Below, in pieces: positions 19,536 to 28,567 of a stretch of 64,000 bases of DNA. Position 1 is the stretch's first letter. Each line of letters opens with the position of its first letter. The notes under the pieces were generated by a model. It was not told the origin of the DNA, did not search any database, and saw nothing but the letters and a program-made list of their open reading frames with translations. A program made the position numbers and the translations under genes. Origin of the DNA: an uncultured bacterium (GTDB lineage: Bacteria; Zixibacteria; MSB-5A5; GN15; FEB-12); the NCBI GenBank assembly GCA_965603125.1, contig CBFDBU010000010.1, forward strand, positions 8,734-72,733. Reading direction: 5' to 3'.

Positions 19536-20434
19536 CACCGGCGCGACTTCGTTGGGGCACGCTGATGGTCACTTTCGGTCTGTTGTTGCTCCTGAGGAAC
19601 TTAGGCACTCTCAGCGACGATTTCTGGGTGGATCTGCTGATATATTTCCCCATAGTGCTGATCCTCATTGGTATTGAGAAGATATTTACCAAGTCCCGGC
19701 TTCAGTTTATATCGTATTTCACATCGTTTCTACTGCTCGTAGGTGGGATCGGCATAGCTTTCTACAGTAGTTGGAACGACCATGAAGGAAGTTTCTTCTC
19801 CCAGACCAGCCACCGGGTTGATTTCGATCCTGAAGTGAAGAAGCTCTCAGCCGTCCTGAAGCTCGGCGAGACCGACCTGACCATTCGCGACAGCGGGGAT
19901 GATCTCGTGTTCGGGCAGTTTGACCGTTTCACTCAGAAACCCCGCATATCCTACTCTGTCGAGCAGCAGGAAGCGAAATTAGTATATACTGCCCGTCGTG
20001 GCGGGCGCCTCGGAGGCGCGATCACGATCAATACCGGCGAAGACCAGGACTGGTACATCCAGTTCTCCGACCGCGTGCCGCTCGATCTCGAATGCTATAG
20101 TGAGGATTCCGATATTCATCTGAACCTGTCCACGACACCGTTGAAAAGGCTGAAACTGAACACCGATGACGCCCATATATATCTCAAGTTGGGTAAGATG
20201 GAACCGGTGGTTACGGTTGTCGTCCTGGGCGACCAATCCGATCTCAAGTTGCGGATGCCGGAAAGCGTCGGGCTCCGTATGAGTGATAACGACTACCGTT
20301 CGTACCTGACCAAGGTTGGTCTGATAGAGACTGAAGACGGCACCTTTGTCACTAAGGGTATCGACACCCTGATCACAACGATTGAACTGGACCTAGACGA
20401 GCACCTGTCTTCCTTTTCTGTGGACCGTTTCTAG
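19532..20434 (+). CDS. LiaF/DUF2154-like membrane protein, with its 3' end replaced by an IS630 insertion
   Basis: Its ATGA overlap with pspC suggests translational coupling. The N-terminal TM pair is GTLMVTFGLLLLLRNLG..., followed by a beta-rich C-domain. The present stop TAG (20432-20434) is built from the target TA plus the first base of the IS. Confidence 0.5.
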   Translation: MTPARLRWGTLMVTFGLLLLLRNLGTLSDDFWVDLLIYFPIVLILIGIEKIFTKSRLQFISYFTSFLLLVGGIGIAFYSSWNDHEGSFFSQTSHRVDFDPEVKKLSAVLKLGETDLTIRDSGDDLVFGQFDRFTQKPRISYSVEQQEAKLVYTARRGGRLGGAITINTGEDQDWYIQFSDRVPLDLECYSEDSDIHLNLSTTPLKRLKLNTDDAHIYLKLGKMEPVVTVVVLGDQSDLKLRMPESVGLRMSDNDYRSYLTKVGLIETEDGTFVTKGIDTLITTIELDLDEHLSSFSVDRF

Positions 20435-21519
20435 TGTTCTGAGTTGGAAGTTTGTGTACAAAAACGTCCCACGGCGTCGATGATGTCGTCGGCGCACTTG
20501 GTCCAGACGAATGCTTGGGGATGGTTGTTGTTATGTTCCACGTAGTCTCTAATGGCATGTTCGAGTTGGCGGGTGCTGTGGTGGCTCCCACGCCGCAGTT
20601 GCTTGCGCGTGAGGATCGAGAACCAGCTCTCCACGAGGTTGAGCCACGATGCACCGGTGGGGGTGAAGTGAAGATGAAAGCGCCGATGTCGGGCGAGCCA
20701 ACGGTGGATCGACAGCGTTTTGTGTGTTCCGTAGTTGTCCGGGACGAGATGGACATCGAAGGGGGCGGGGACCTGCTTGTCAACAAGGGAAAGGAATTTC
20801 TTGAACTCGATGGCGCGATGTCGTCGAAAGCACTTTTCGATTACCTTTCCGGACTGGATGTCGAGGGCAGCGAAAAGGGAGGTCGTCCCGTGTCGGCGAC
20901 AGTCGTGTGTGCGACGCTCGGGAACACCGGGACCCATGGGGAGGATCGGCTGCGCGCGATCCAGGACTTGGATTTGGGATTTCTCGTCGAGGCACAGTAC
21001 CAAGGCTCGATCCGGTGGGTTCATGTAAAGCCCAACGATGTCACGAACCTTATCGACGAAGAGCGGATCCCCGGAAAGCTTGAAGGTCTCGGTACGATGG
21101 GGCTGCAGCGCGAATGCTCGCCAGATTCGGCTGACCGCCGTCTGGCTCAGGCCACTGGTTCGGGCCATTGAGCGGGTGCTCCAGTGCGTCGCACCCGGTG
21201 GCGGATGTTCAAGAGTCATCGTAATCACTCGTTCCACATCCGCCTCGGTAATCCGTCTCGGAGCGCCTGGCCGGGGTTCGTCGAGAAGACCATCAAGGCG
21301 ACGATCTAAAAACCGCTGCCGCCACTTGCCAACCGTCTGTTTGGTCATGTCCATCTTGACGGCCACCTCGGTGTTGCTCATGCCCGAGGCGCTCGCAAGG
21401 ATGAGGCGCGCGCGCTGGGCCAGCGCATGGGCGGTCTTGCGCCGACGAACCCATTGTTGGAGTCGCTGACGTTCCGGGGGGCTCAAGTGCAGAGGTCGAA
21501 GGCGAGGTCCTTTACGCAT
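20431..21519 (-). CDS. IS630-family (Tc1/mariner-like DDE) transposase, intact
   Basis: 362 aa. The N-terminal HTH region reads LSPPERQRLQQWVRRRKTAHALAQRARLILASASGMSNTEVA and KQTVGKWRQRFLDRRLDGLLDEPRPGAPR. The DDE core contexts are LCLDEKSQIQVLD and VPDNYGTHK. Confidence 0.9.
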   Translation of the reverse strand: MRKGPRLRPLHLSPPERQRLQQWVRRRKTAHALAQRARLILASASGMSNTEVAVKMDMTKQTVGKWRQRFLDRRLDGLLDEPRPGAPRRITEADVERVITMTLEHPPPGATHWSTRSMARTSGLSQTAVSRIWRAFALQPHRTETFKLSGDPLFVDKVRDIVGLYMNPPDRALVLCLDEKSQIQVLDRAQPILPMGPGVPERRTHDCRRHGTTSLFAALDIQSGKVIEKCFRRHRAIEFKKFLSLVDKQVPAPFDVHLVPDNYGTHKTLSIHRWLARHRRFHLHFTPTGASWLNLVESWFSILTRKQLRRGSHHSTRQLEHAIRDYVEHNNNHPQAFVWTKCADDIIDAVGRFCTQTSNSEH

Positions 21520-21600
21520 GTTTCTTCTCCTTCTGACCGTCTATCATAACATACGTAAAGACGACGATTATGTTGCAGTAATTAATGACTCAGGACACTA
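20432..21600 (-). mobile_element. IS630-family insertion sequence (1165 bp plus flanking TA/TA target duplication)
   Basis: The left end is TA|GTGTTCTGAGT (20432-20444). The right end is ACTCAGGACAC|TA (21588-21600). The terminal inverted repeat matches at 10/11 positions and is flanked by TA on both sides. A single intact transposase ORF lies inside. Confidence 0.85.
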
Positions 21601-21661
21601 CCAGGCTGTTGATAAACTCGGGACAGGATGCAAGACAGCAACTGACATCCATTAGTCAATG

Positions 21662-21686
21662 AAAAAAGGCGGGTCGTAACCCGCCT
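21662..21686 (-). terminator. rho-independent terminator after nfnB (the hairpin could also have served the convergent LiaF-like gene before the IS insertion)
   Basis: The minus strand reads GGCGGGT-TACG-ACCCGCC followed by TTTTTT. It lies 23 nt downstream of the stop at 21709. Confidence 0.65.
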
Positions 21687-21708
21687 CTTGTATGCTATTG
21701 CCAGCTGG

Positions 21709-23148
21709 CTACTTCTGTATCTCCTCCATCAGGTACTTGTGCATGGCCCTTGCGGCTACCTTGCCCGCACCGGCGGCCAGGATCACCGTAGCGCCACCGG
21801 TGACGATATCACCACCGGCGTAGACACCCTTCCGCGAACTCTGCATCGTTTCCTCGTTGACGACGATGTTGTTCCAGCGGTTGGTTTCCAGACCGGGTGT
21901 CGTTTTCGGAATCAACGGGTTGGAAGAGTTGCCTATTGCCACCACCACGAGGTCGACCTCCATGACGAAATTGGAACCCTCTATCGGAACCGGTCGCCGT
22001 CGACCCGAATCGTCCGGTTCGCCGAGTTCCATGCGAAGGCATTCCATCGCCCGTACTTTGCCCTCGTCGTCGCCCATGAACGCAATCGGCGTCGTCAGCA
22101 AGCGGAACTGCACCCCTTCCTGTTTGGCGTGGTGGATTTCCTCGATTCGGGCGGGCATCTCCTTTTCGCTGCGACGATAGACAATGTAACCGTTGTCGGC
22201 ACCTAACCTGAGCGCCGTGCGCACGGAATCCATCGCGGTGTTGCCGCCGCCGAGAACGGCCACATTCCGGCCGTGGATGATCGGTGTGTCGTTGTTCGGG
22301 AAATCATAAGCCCGCATCAGGTTGGCCCGCGTAAGATACTCGTTGGCCGAATAGACACCGATCAGGTTCTCGCCCGGGATTCCCATGAAGGACGGCAGGC
22401 CGGCGCCGGTACCGATGAAAATGGCGTCGTAGCCCATCTCGAACAGCTCGTCGATAGTGTCTATCTTGCCGATAATGGTTGAGTTCCTGAACTCGACCCC
22501 CATATCACCCAGGAAATCGCACTCGGCCTGCACAATGTCCTTTGGCAGACGAAACTCTGGGATACCGTAAACCAGCACGCCACCCGGCTTGTGCAGCGCT
22601 TCAAAGATCGTGACCTGATGACCCAGCTTGATGAGGTCTCCGGCCGCCGTCAGCCCGGCGGGGCCGGAACCGACTATCGCCACCCTGCGTCCGGTGGGTG
22701 GGGCGATCTCGGGAAGTTCCACCAACTCATGGTCGCGCTCGTAATCGGCCACAAACCGTTCGAGATGTCCCACCGCCACCGGCTTGTGCTTCTTGGCCAG
22801 CACACAGACCTGCTCGCACTGTTCCTCCTGCGGGCAGACCCGTCCACAGATGGCCGGCAGCGCATTGGTCTCCTTGATCTTGCGAGCCGCCGCCGCGTAG
22901 TCCTTCTCAAGGATCAAATTGATGAACCCCACTATGTCAACCTCAACCGGGCAGCCCTGAACGCACGGCACCTTCTTGCATTCAAGGCACCGAGCCGCTT
23001 CCTCAAGCGCCTGCTCCTCGGTAAAACCGTACGGCACTTCCTGGAAGTTCCTGACACGCTCCCCGGGATCCTGCTCCGGCATCTGCTGCCTGGGGATTTT
23101 CATTCTCAATTTCTTTTCCAGCTTTTCAGCCACACTGCACTCCATCAA
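21709..23148 (-). CDS. nfnB: GltD-like NADPH-dependent oxidoreductase large subunit (NfnB/SudA type: two 4Fe-4S clusters plus FAD)
   Basis: 479 aa with CLECKKVPCVQGCP and CGRVCPQEEQCEQVC cluster motifs and the VAIVGSGPAGLTAAGDL dinucleotide fold. It is paired with a PyrK-like small subunit encoded upstream. Confidence 0.8.
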   Translation of the reverse strand: MMECSVAEKLEKKLRMKIPRQQMPEQDPGERVRNFQEVPYGFTEEQALEEAARCLECKKVPCVQGCPVEVDIVGFINLILEKDYAAAARKIKETNALPAICGRVCPQEEQCEQVCVLAKKHKPVAVGHLERFVADYERDHELVELPEIAPPTGRRVAIVGSGPAGLTAAGDLIKLGHQVTIFEALHKPGGVLVYGIPEFRLPKDIVQAECDFLGDMGVEFRNSTIIGKIDTIDELFEMGYDAIFIGTGAGLPSFMGIPGENLIGVYSANEYLTRANLMRAYDFPNNDTPIIHGRNVAVLGGGNTAMDSVRTALRLGADNGYIVYRRSEKEMPARIEEIHHAKQEGVQFRLLTTPIAFMGDDEGKVRAMECLRMELGEPDDSGRRRPVPIEGSNFVMEVDLVVVAIGNSSNPLIPKTTPGLETNRWNNIVVNEETMQSSRKGVYAGGDIVTGGATVILAAGAGKVAARAMHKYLMEEIQK

Positions 23149-23189
23149 TAAGAAGGTATGACACCGACAGCCACCGCCGCTTCACGGAG

Positions 23190-24089
23190 CTATCGACCCT
23201 CATCGGGATATTTGAAGTCCCGGACCGCCTCGGCCAGTTGGCAGCCGGGGCTATCCAGGAAGCGTTTCATGGCGACTCGTTCCTGTTCCTTGTAAGCGCC
23301 GAGGCGACTGGTAAGCAGGTCGAAATCGACTTGGTGACCGTCGAAATCCGGGCCGTCAACGCAGGCGAATTTGGTCTCATTGCCAACCATCACCCGGCAG
23401 CCGCCGCACATCCCCGTCCCGTCGATCATCAGCGGGTTCAACGAAACCCACGTTGGTACATTATAATCCCTTGTAAGATTCGCCACCACCCTCATCATCG
23501 GCACCGGCCCGATAGCCATAATCATGCTGATACCCGCGCCGTCATCGAGCAGCTTCTTGAGCACGTCGGAGACAAACCCGTGATGCCCGTAGGAACCGTC
23601 GTCCGTGCACACGTGAAGCTCATCTGCGATCGACTTGTGTTCATGCTCATAGAAAAGCAGATCCTTTGACCGGGCGCCGATAATCGTGATCAGCTTGTTT
23701 CCCGCCTCCTTGTATGCCTGGGCAATCGGATAGACAGGCGCGATTCCGATCCCACCGCCTACGACGCAGGCCGTTCCCCACTTGTCGACATGAGACGGCT
23801 CCCCCAAAGGTCCCACCAGGTCGGAAAGCTCACCGCCGTCGGGCACGGTCGTCATCAGGGCCGAGGTTTTGCCGACCACCTGGTAGATGATTGTGAGGTT
23901 CCCGTTTTCCCTGTCAATCCCGGCGATTGACATGGGCACCCGTTCCCCCTGCTCGTTGACGCGAAGGATTACAAACTGCCCGGCTTTAGCTTTGGCCACC
24001 AGGCGAGGGAAATGGACCCTCATTTTCCAGACCATAGGTCCGATCTGTACGTTGTCAATAACTTTGGTCATCAAACTCCTCTGCTGCAA
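23190..24089 (-). CDS. nfnA: PyrK-like FAD/2Fe-2S electron-transfer small subunit (NfnA/SudB type)
   Basis: About 293-299 aa with GQFVILRV...RVPMSIAG (FAD-binding barrel), GGGIGIAPV, and a C-terminal GTGMCGGCRVMVGNETKFACVDGPDF cluster motif. The start may be MTKVIDN at 24071. Confidence 0.75.
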   Translation of the reverse strand: MQQRSLMTKVIDNVQIGPMVWKMRVHFPRLVAKAKAGQFVILRVNEQGERVPMSIAGIDRENGNLTIIYQVVGKTSALMTTVPDGGELSDLVGPLGEPSHVDKWGTACVVGGGIGIAPVYPIAQAYKEAGNKLITIIGARSKDLLFYEHEHKSIADELHVCTDDGSYGHHGFVSDVLKKLLDDGAGISMIMAIGPVPMMRVVANLTRDYNVPTWVSLNPLMIDGTGMCGGCRVMVGNETKFACVDGPDFDGHQVDFDLLTSRLGAYKEQERVAMKRFLDSPGCQLAEAVRDFKYPDEGR

Positions 24090-24243
24090 AACAAACGCCC
24101 GATGATAATACTATCGCCGCGAAAATCAAGCGGTTTCTATGCCGGGTGCGTCGCCCAAGCGATTCCGTGGGCTGCAGACGCCAGTCTGCCCCTACTTTGG
24201 CTGTAGATCAGTCCTGGCCTGCAGGAATTGAATCTCTACGGGA

Positions 24244-25854
24244 TTATTTTAACAGCAGCATCTTTCTGGAATGAATAGAACCCCCACTACCAAGGCTGTA
24301 TATGTACACCCCCGATGATACCGGTTTACCACTGGCGTTACAACCATCCCAGAAGGTACGATAATGACCCGGCGACAACACTGTGCTGATCAGACGCACC
24401 ACTTCCTCTCCAAGGATATTGTAAACCGTCAGGGTCGTAAAAGACCGCCGGGGAAGATCAAACTCTATCGTCGTCAGAGGATTGAACGGGTTGGGGTAGT
24501 TGTGGGACAAATGAACACCATCCGGGAACGACGGCTCATGCTCATACAAAACCTCAGTCGCCGGATCCTGCCACCCGGCAAAGATATTCACCTCAGCACA
24601 CCAGTTATTGCGGGATGGCAACGAAAAAGCAGCAAAATCATCAATCCCATCACCATTGAAATCACCAATCCCAGTAACCTCAAAACCCAAAAGGTACTCG
24701 ACACCAGGCAATACACCCTCAGTTATGAAAACATCTGCGTACATGAAGCTGTCAACATCAGGACCACCCAAGAACAAATGCAACTCTCTCGTCAGAGGAT
24801 CGCTCGCTATGATATCAGGGTGAGTATCGTTGTTGACATCTCCGGCCGAAGCCACACACTGCGGTGATATATGGGAATAACCTCCTGAACGGGCAATGTC
24901 TATTATCACGTCGAGCTTATCGTCGAAATAGGGACCACCAAAGTAAACCCCATAGGGATCATTGGTTCCCCCGGCAATGTAAATGTCCTCATACCCATCA
25001 GCATTGTAGTCGCCAACCGGGACAAGGTGGATGCCAAAGTCGGATGACGGGCGCCATATCTCATAATCCGCGACTGTGTCAAAATCAGGTCCGCCCCAAT
25101 AGAATCTGACCCAGCCGGAATCGCGGTAGAGTCGTGAGGAGATGGCCAAATCAGAATGGCCATCCCCGTTGAAGTCGCCCGAAGCAAGTTTGAAGCCCAG
25201 GCTCTCGGTAGTGTCTGGTATAACGTACTCAGGAATTGTGTCCCGTTCGCTGTCAATCCGATAGACATTCACCGGACCACCGTTGACATCCGAACTCACA
25301 GGCAGATCAAGGATACCGTCTCCATCGAAGTCAGCAGCCTGGCCGGCAAACGAAAACATGTTTGGAATCACGAGATCCGGCTCATCATCGAGAACCGGAC
25401 CGCCAAAGTAGAGGTTGTAATTGGTCTGTGTACTTGAAATCCACCAGTACATTCCTATATCAGTATAACCGTCTCCGTTAACATCACCGATGGCGCCGGG
25501 CCTTGCTTCGAAATTGGGTAGTATGAGGTCAGCAATGCTGTCAGGGTTCCTCCCGCCATAGAACACATGGGCGGGCCACGGCGGCAGAGAATTCTGTATC
25601 CATGTGGACAAAAGGATGTCGGTACAACCGTCACCGTTGATATCCCCAAGTGGCACAATCTCTTTGCCGAACCAACCCATGGGAATGGAGCCACTGAGAA
25701 CAATCAGGCGCTCCACCGAGTCAATCCCGGCCCGGTCAGTCGGGTAGATCGGCGAGATCCAATCAGCCCCGACAGACCCCGCGAGCCCCACAACGGCGCA
25801 CAGCAGCCAGCTACTGACTAACGCACCAACCCTTCTACGTCTCAAGCAACTCAA
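24244..25854 (-). CDS. secreted seven-repeat FG-GAP/VCBS propeller protein with a T9SS (Por) C-terminal sorting domain
   Basis: 536 aa with a signal peptide. The seven Ca-loop motifs are GDINGDGCTD, GDVNGDGYTD, ADFDGDGILD, GDFNGDGHSD, GDYNADGYED, GDVNNDTHPD and GDFNGDGIDD. The C-terminal ~75 aa read NYPNPFNPLTTIEFDLPRRSFTTLTVYNILGEEVVRL...GVYIYSL...RKMLLLK, which is typical of a T9SS type A CTD. Confidence 0.8.
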   Translation of the reverse strand: MSCLRRRRVGALVSSWLLCAVVGLAGSVGADWISPIYPTDRAGIDSVERLIVLSGSIPMGWFGKEIVPLGDINGDGCTDILLSTWIQNSLPPWPAHVFYGGRNPDSIADLILPNFEARPGAIGDVNGDGYTDIGMYWWISSTQTNYNLYFGGPVLDDEPDLVIPNMFSFAGQAADFDGDGILDLPVSSDVNGGPVNVYRIDSERDTIPEYVIPDTTESLGFKLASGDFNGDGHSDLAISSRLYRDSGWVRFYWGGPDFDTVADYEIWRPSSDFGIHLVPVGDYNADGYEDIYIAGGTNDPYGVYFGGPYFDDKLDVIIDIARSGGYSHISPQCVASAGDVNNDTHPDIIASDPLTRELHLFLGGPDVDSFMYADVFITEGVLPGVEYLLGFEVTGIGDFNGDGIDDFAAFSLPSRNNWCAEVNIFAGWQDPATEVLYEHEPSFPDGVHLSHNYPNPFNPLTTIEFDLPRRSFTTLTVYNILGEEVVRLISTVLSPGHYRTFWDGCNASGKPVSSGVYIYSLGSGGSIHSRKMLLLK

Positions 25855-26176
25855 AAACCATCACCCCTTTCAATCACACATAAGAAGCGCCGTGATCTGC
25901 CCCTTGTCAAGCGGATAAACAACGACTGACGCGTGGCGGTCCGTGTTCCCGTAGGCGACATACCCCCGGTCTGCCCCTGCTCCCACTTCAGTTGTAGGTC
26001 GAGACGCCTGAGGTCTCGGTAACCAGTATCAGGCCCACAAGGGGCTTGATCTACAAGAGCTGCGTCTGGCGTCGGTGCGGCCGATCAGACCGGTTCAGCC
26101 CGATCCGACATCTGTCGATTATCGATTAATAGTTTGCCACGCATCGTTGAGGGCATTAGTGTTCAGTGGAATCAGG

Positions 26177-27025
26177 ATGAATGACATGGGATCTACAACC
26201 ACCGTTGAGGCAAGAAAAACCGCGTTCTTATGGCTTCCCTTTCTGGTGCTGCCGGCAATCTACCTGCCTGCGCTGTACGATCTTGTGGTCGATTGGTACA
26301 GCGATCCCAATTACTCACACGGCTTCTTGATTCCGATCATATCCGGTTTCCTGCTATGGAAAAAGCGGGAAGCCATTCTGTCGGCTCCACGCGCTACCGA
26401 CAACGGCGGGCTCGTGGTGCTGGTCGCCGGACTGCTGCTCTTTGTGGCGGCCAACGGCGCCGCGGAGTACTTCACTATCCGACTGTCTCTGCTGGTCACG
26501 TTTATCGGCCTGGTTTACTACTTGTTCGGCAGGGAGATCGTGAAGCTGGCGAGGTTTGAGTTGTTGTTCCTGGTTTTCATGATACCCGTGCCTTACTTGA
26601 TTTACTACGCCACCACTGTCCCCATGCAGCTCTTAGCCTCCAAGATTACCGTCTGGGCCTTAAACGTCCTTGGGGCGGGAGCGTTCCGGCAGGGAAACAT
26701 CATTTACCTCGGGGACACCGCCCTGGAGGTAGCCGAGGCATGCTCCGGAATGCGGTCGCTGGTGTCGCTGTTGGCGTTAGGGTGTCTTTATGCCCACCTG
26801 TCGCAGAAGCGCCCGTCAGCCAAATTGATACTGTTCGCATCAACGGTACCCATCGCCGTTATCGGAAATGCGTTCCGGGTTTTTGTCACCTCGCTTCTCG
26901 CCTACACCGTGACCGAAAACGTCACCGACGAGCCGCTCCATACCATTTTGGGGCTGTCGGTGTTTGTAGTGGCGTTTGTCCTGCTGTTCATTCTGGCGAC
27001 CGTTCTGCGGAGGCTGTTCCGATGA
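26177..27025 (+). CDS. exosortase (EpsH/Xrt family transpeptidase)
   Basis: The family hallmarks are WYSDPNYSHGFLIPIISGFLLWKKRE, the catalytic Cys context EVAEACSGMRSL, and IAVIGNAFRVF (Arg). It has 8 TM segments. The start is taken at MNDMGST (26177). Confidence 0.8.
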   Translation: MNDMGSTTTVEARKTAFLWLPFLVLPAIYLPALYDLVVDWYSDPNYSHGFLIPIISGFLLWKKREAILSAPRATDNGGLVVLVAGLLLFVAANGAAEYFTIRLSLLVTFIGLVYYLFGREIVKLARFELLFLVFMIPVPYLIYYATTVPMQLLASKITVWALNVLGAGAFRQGNIIYLGDTALEVAEACSGMRSLVSLLALGCLYAHLSQKRPSAKLILFASTVPIAVIGNAFRVFVTSLLAYTVTENVTDEPLHTILGLSVFVVAFVLLFILATVLRRLFR

Positions 27026-27660
27026 GGATGCCGGTATTGCTGTCAACAGCGCTCCTGCTTGTGGGCGGCGCTTTCGGTAATTACCTGCGATACGTGGAGC
27101 AGAAACCTGACCGATGGCCGTCTTTCGAGTCCATTCCGTATGAGGCGGGCGGCTATTTTGGGGAGGAACGTCGCCTGGCGGAATATAACTACGAGGTTCT
27201 TCGGTCGGATACGACTACTTTGAGGTTGTACCGGGGCGCCGACGGCAGCCCGCTGTGGCTGCTGATCGCGTATTTTTCCTCCCAGAAATACGGCAGCCAG
27301 ATTCATTCGCCCAAACACTGTCTTCCCGGCGGCGGCTGGAAAATCGAGAAACTGGAGCAATTCCGGCTGCCACTCCCGGGCGGCTACAAAACGGTCAATC
27401 GTCTTGTCATCACCACTGAAGGTCGCAACCAGGCCATGTTCTACTGGTACCAGACCCGCGGGGGCAGCCTGAGCAACGAGTTTGCTCTCAAGTGGGACCT
27501 GGCCAAAAACTCGCTGCTTCTGCGTCCCACCGACGCCGCCTTCATTCGCCTGACATTGCCCATCGAGCAGGGTGATCTCGAGGCTGCCTCAAAGAGAGCG
27601 GCTGACTTCCTGGCAACCTTCTACTCCGGAATGAACCGGGCTTTGCCTTTCGGTAATTAG
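27022..27660 (+). CDS. epsI: EpsI-family exosortase-associated protein
   Basis: Its ATGA overlap with the exosortase stop suggests coupling. It has an N-terminal TM segment, then YFSSQKYGSQIHSPKHCLPGGGW, which is typical of EpsI. The 5' part of ORF 26740..27660 overlaps the exosortase gene and is discounted. Confidence 0.7.
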   Translation: MRMPVLLSTALLLVGGAFGNYLRYVEQKPDRWPSFESIPYEAGGYFGEERRLAEYNYEVLRSDTTTLRLYRGADGSPLWLLIAYFSSQKYGSQIHSPKHCLPGGGWKIEKLEQFRLPLPGGYKTVNRLVITTEGRNQAMFYWYQTRGGSLSNEFALKWDLAKNSLLLRPTDAAFIRLTLPIEQGDLEAASKRAADFLATFYSGMNRALPFGN

Positions 27661-27697
27661 AGCTTGAACCGCATCTCCCGGAGGGTTATTATCCGAC

Positions 27698-28567
27698 ATG
27701 CTGCTATCCCTCTTCAAGCTCGCCCGCCCGACCCAGTGGCTGAAGAACAGCGTCGTGCTGGCGGCGCTGATATTCGCCGGCGAGGCTACCGACATCCACC
27801 ATATCGAGATTGCCCTGATCGCCACAGCCCTTTTCTGCCTGATGTCTTCGGCTGTCTACACCCTAAACGATCTGATTGACCGCGAAAAGGATGTTCAGCA
27901 CCCGCTGAAAAGGGAACGACCGCTGGCCTCCGGATCGGTGTCGGCGGGGGCAGCGGTTGTATTCATGACCCTGCTTTGCGTCGTAGCGCTGGCCGGCGCC
28001 TGGTACATCAATCCATACTTTTTCATCACCGGCGTCATCTACATAGCTCTGAACGTGGTATACAGCCTGTGGTGGAAGAACGTCGTGATTCTCGACGTCA
28101 TGAGTATTGCTGTCGGTTTCGTCCTGCGAGCCTATGCGGGCGCTTTTGCCATCGGCGTCCCGGCGTCCAAATGGCTGTTGATCAACGCTCTCTTTCTGGC
28201 CCTGTTTCTGGCCCTGGGCAAGCGCAGACACGAACTCGTTTTTCTGGAAGACGCCGAGGCGCACAGGAAAATCCTCAGTCGGTATTCACCGTATCTGCTG
28301 GATCAGTTGATCGGTATCGTCACCGCCTCGGTGGTTGTCGTGTACATGCTCTACTCCTTCTCGGCGGAAGTATCCACCAAGCTGGGAACGGAGAACTTGT
28401 TTCTGACCATTCCCTTCGTTGTGTACGGGATATTCCGCTATCTCTACCTGATCCATAAGGAGGAGCGGGGTGGGTCGCCCACGAGAGTTCTGATCAGCGA
28501 CAGGCCGCTGCTGGTCGATGTCATCCTCTGGCTGGTAACAGTGATAATCGTACTCTATATCGCATGA
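27698..28567 (+). CDS. UbiA-superfamily prenyl-phosphate phosphoribosyltransferase (decaprenyl-phosphate phosphoribosyltransferase-like)
   Basis: 289 aa. The N-terminus is LARPTQWLKNSVVLAALIFAG. The first Asp-rich motif is YTLNDLIDREKDVQHPLKRERPLASG. It has about 8 TM segments. Confidence 0.7.
   Translation: MLLSLFKLARPTQWLKNSVVLAALIFAGEATDIHHIEIALIATALFCLMSSAVYTLNDLIDREKDVQHPLKRERPLASGSVSAGAAVVFMTLLCVVALAGAWYINPYFFITGVIYIALNVVYSLWWKNVVILDVMSIAVGFVLRAYAGAFAIGVPASKWLLINALFLALFLALGKRRHELVFLEDAEAHRKILSRYSPYLLDQLIGIVTASVVVVYMLYSFSAEVSTKLGTENLFLTIPFVVYGIFRYLYLIHKEERGGSPTRVLISDRPLLVDVILWLVTVIIVLYIA

Noticed and set aside
26740-27021. The 5' extension of the EpsI ORF (ORF track 26740..27660, 306 aa).
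   Set aside because: The extension overlaps the exosortase gene out of frame and has no motif. EpsI-like sequence, including its N-terminal TM segment, begins at the Met at 27022, which overlaps the exosortase stop (ATGA).
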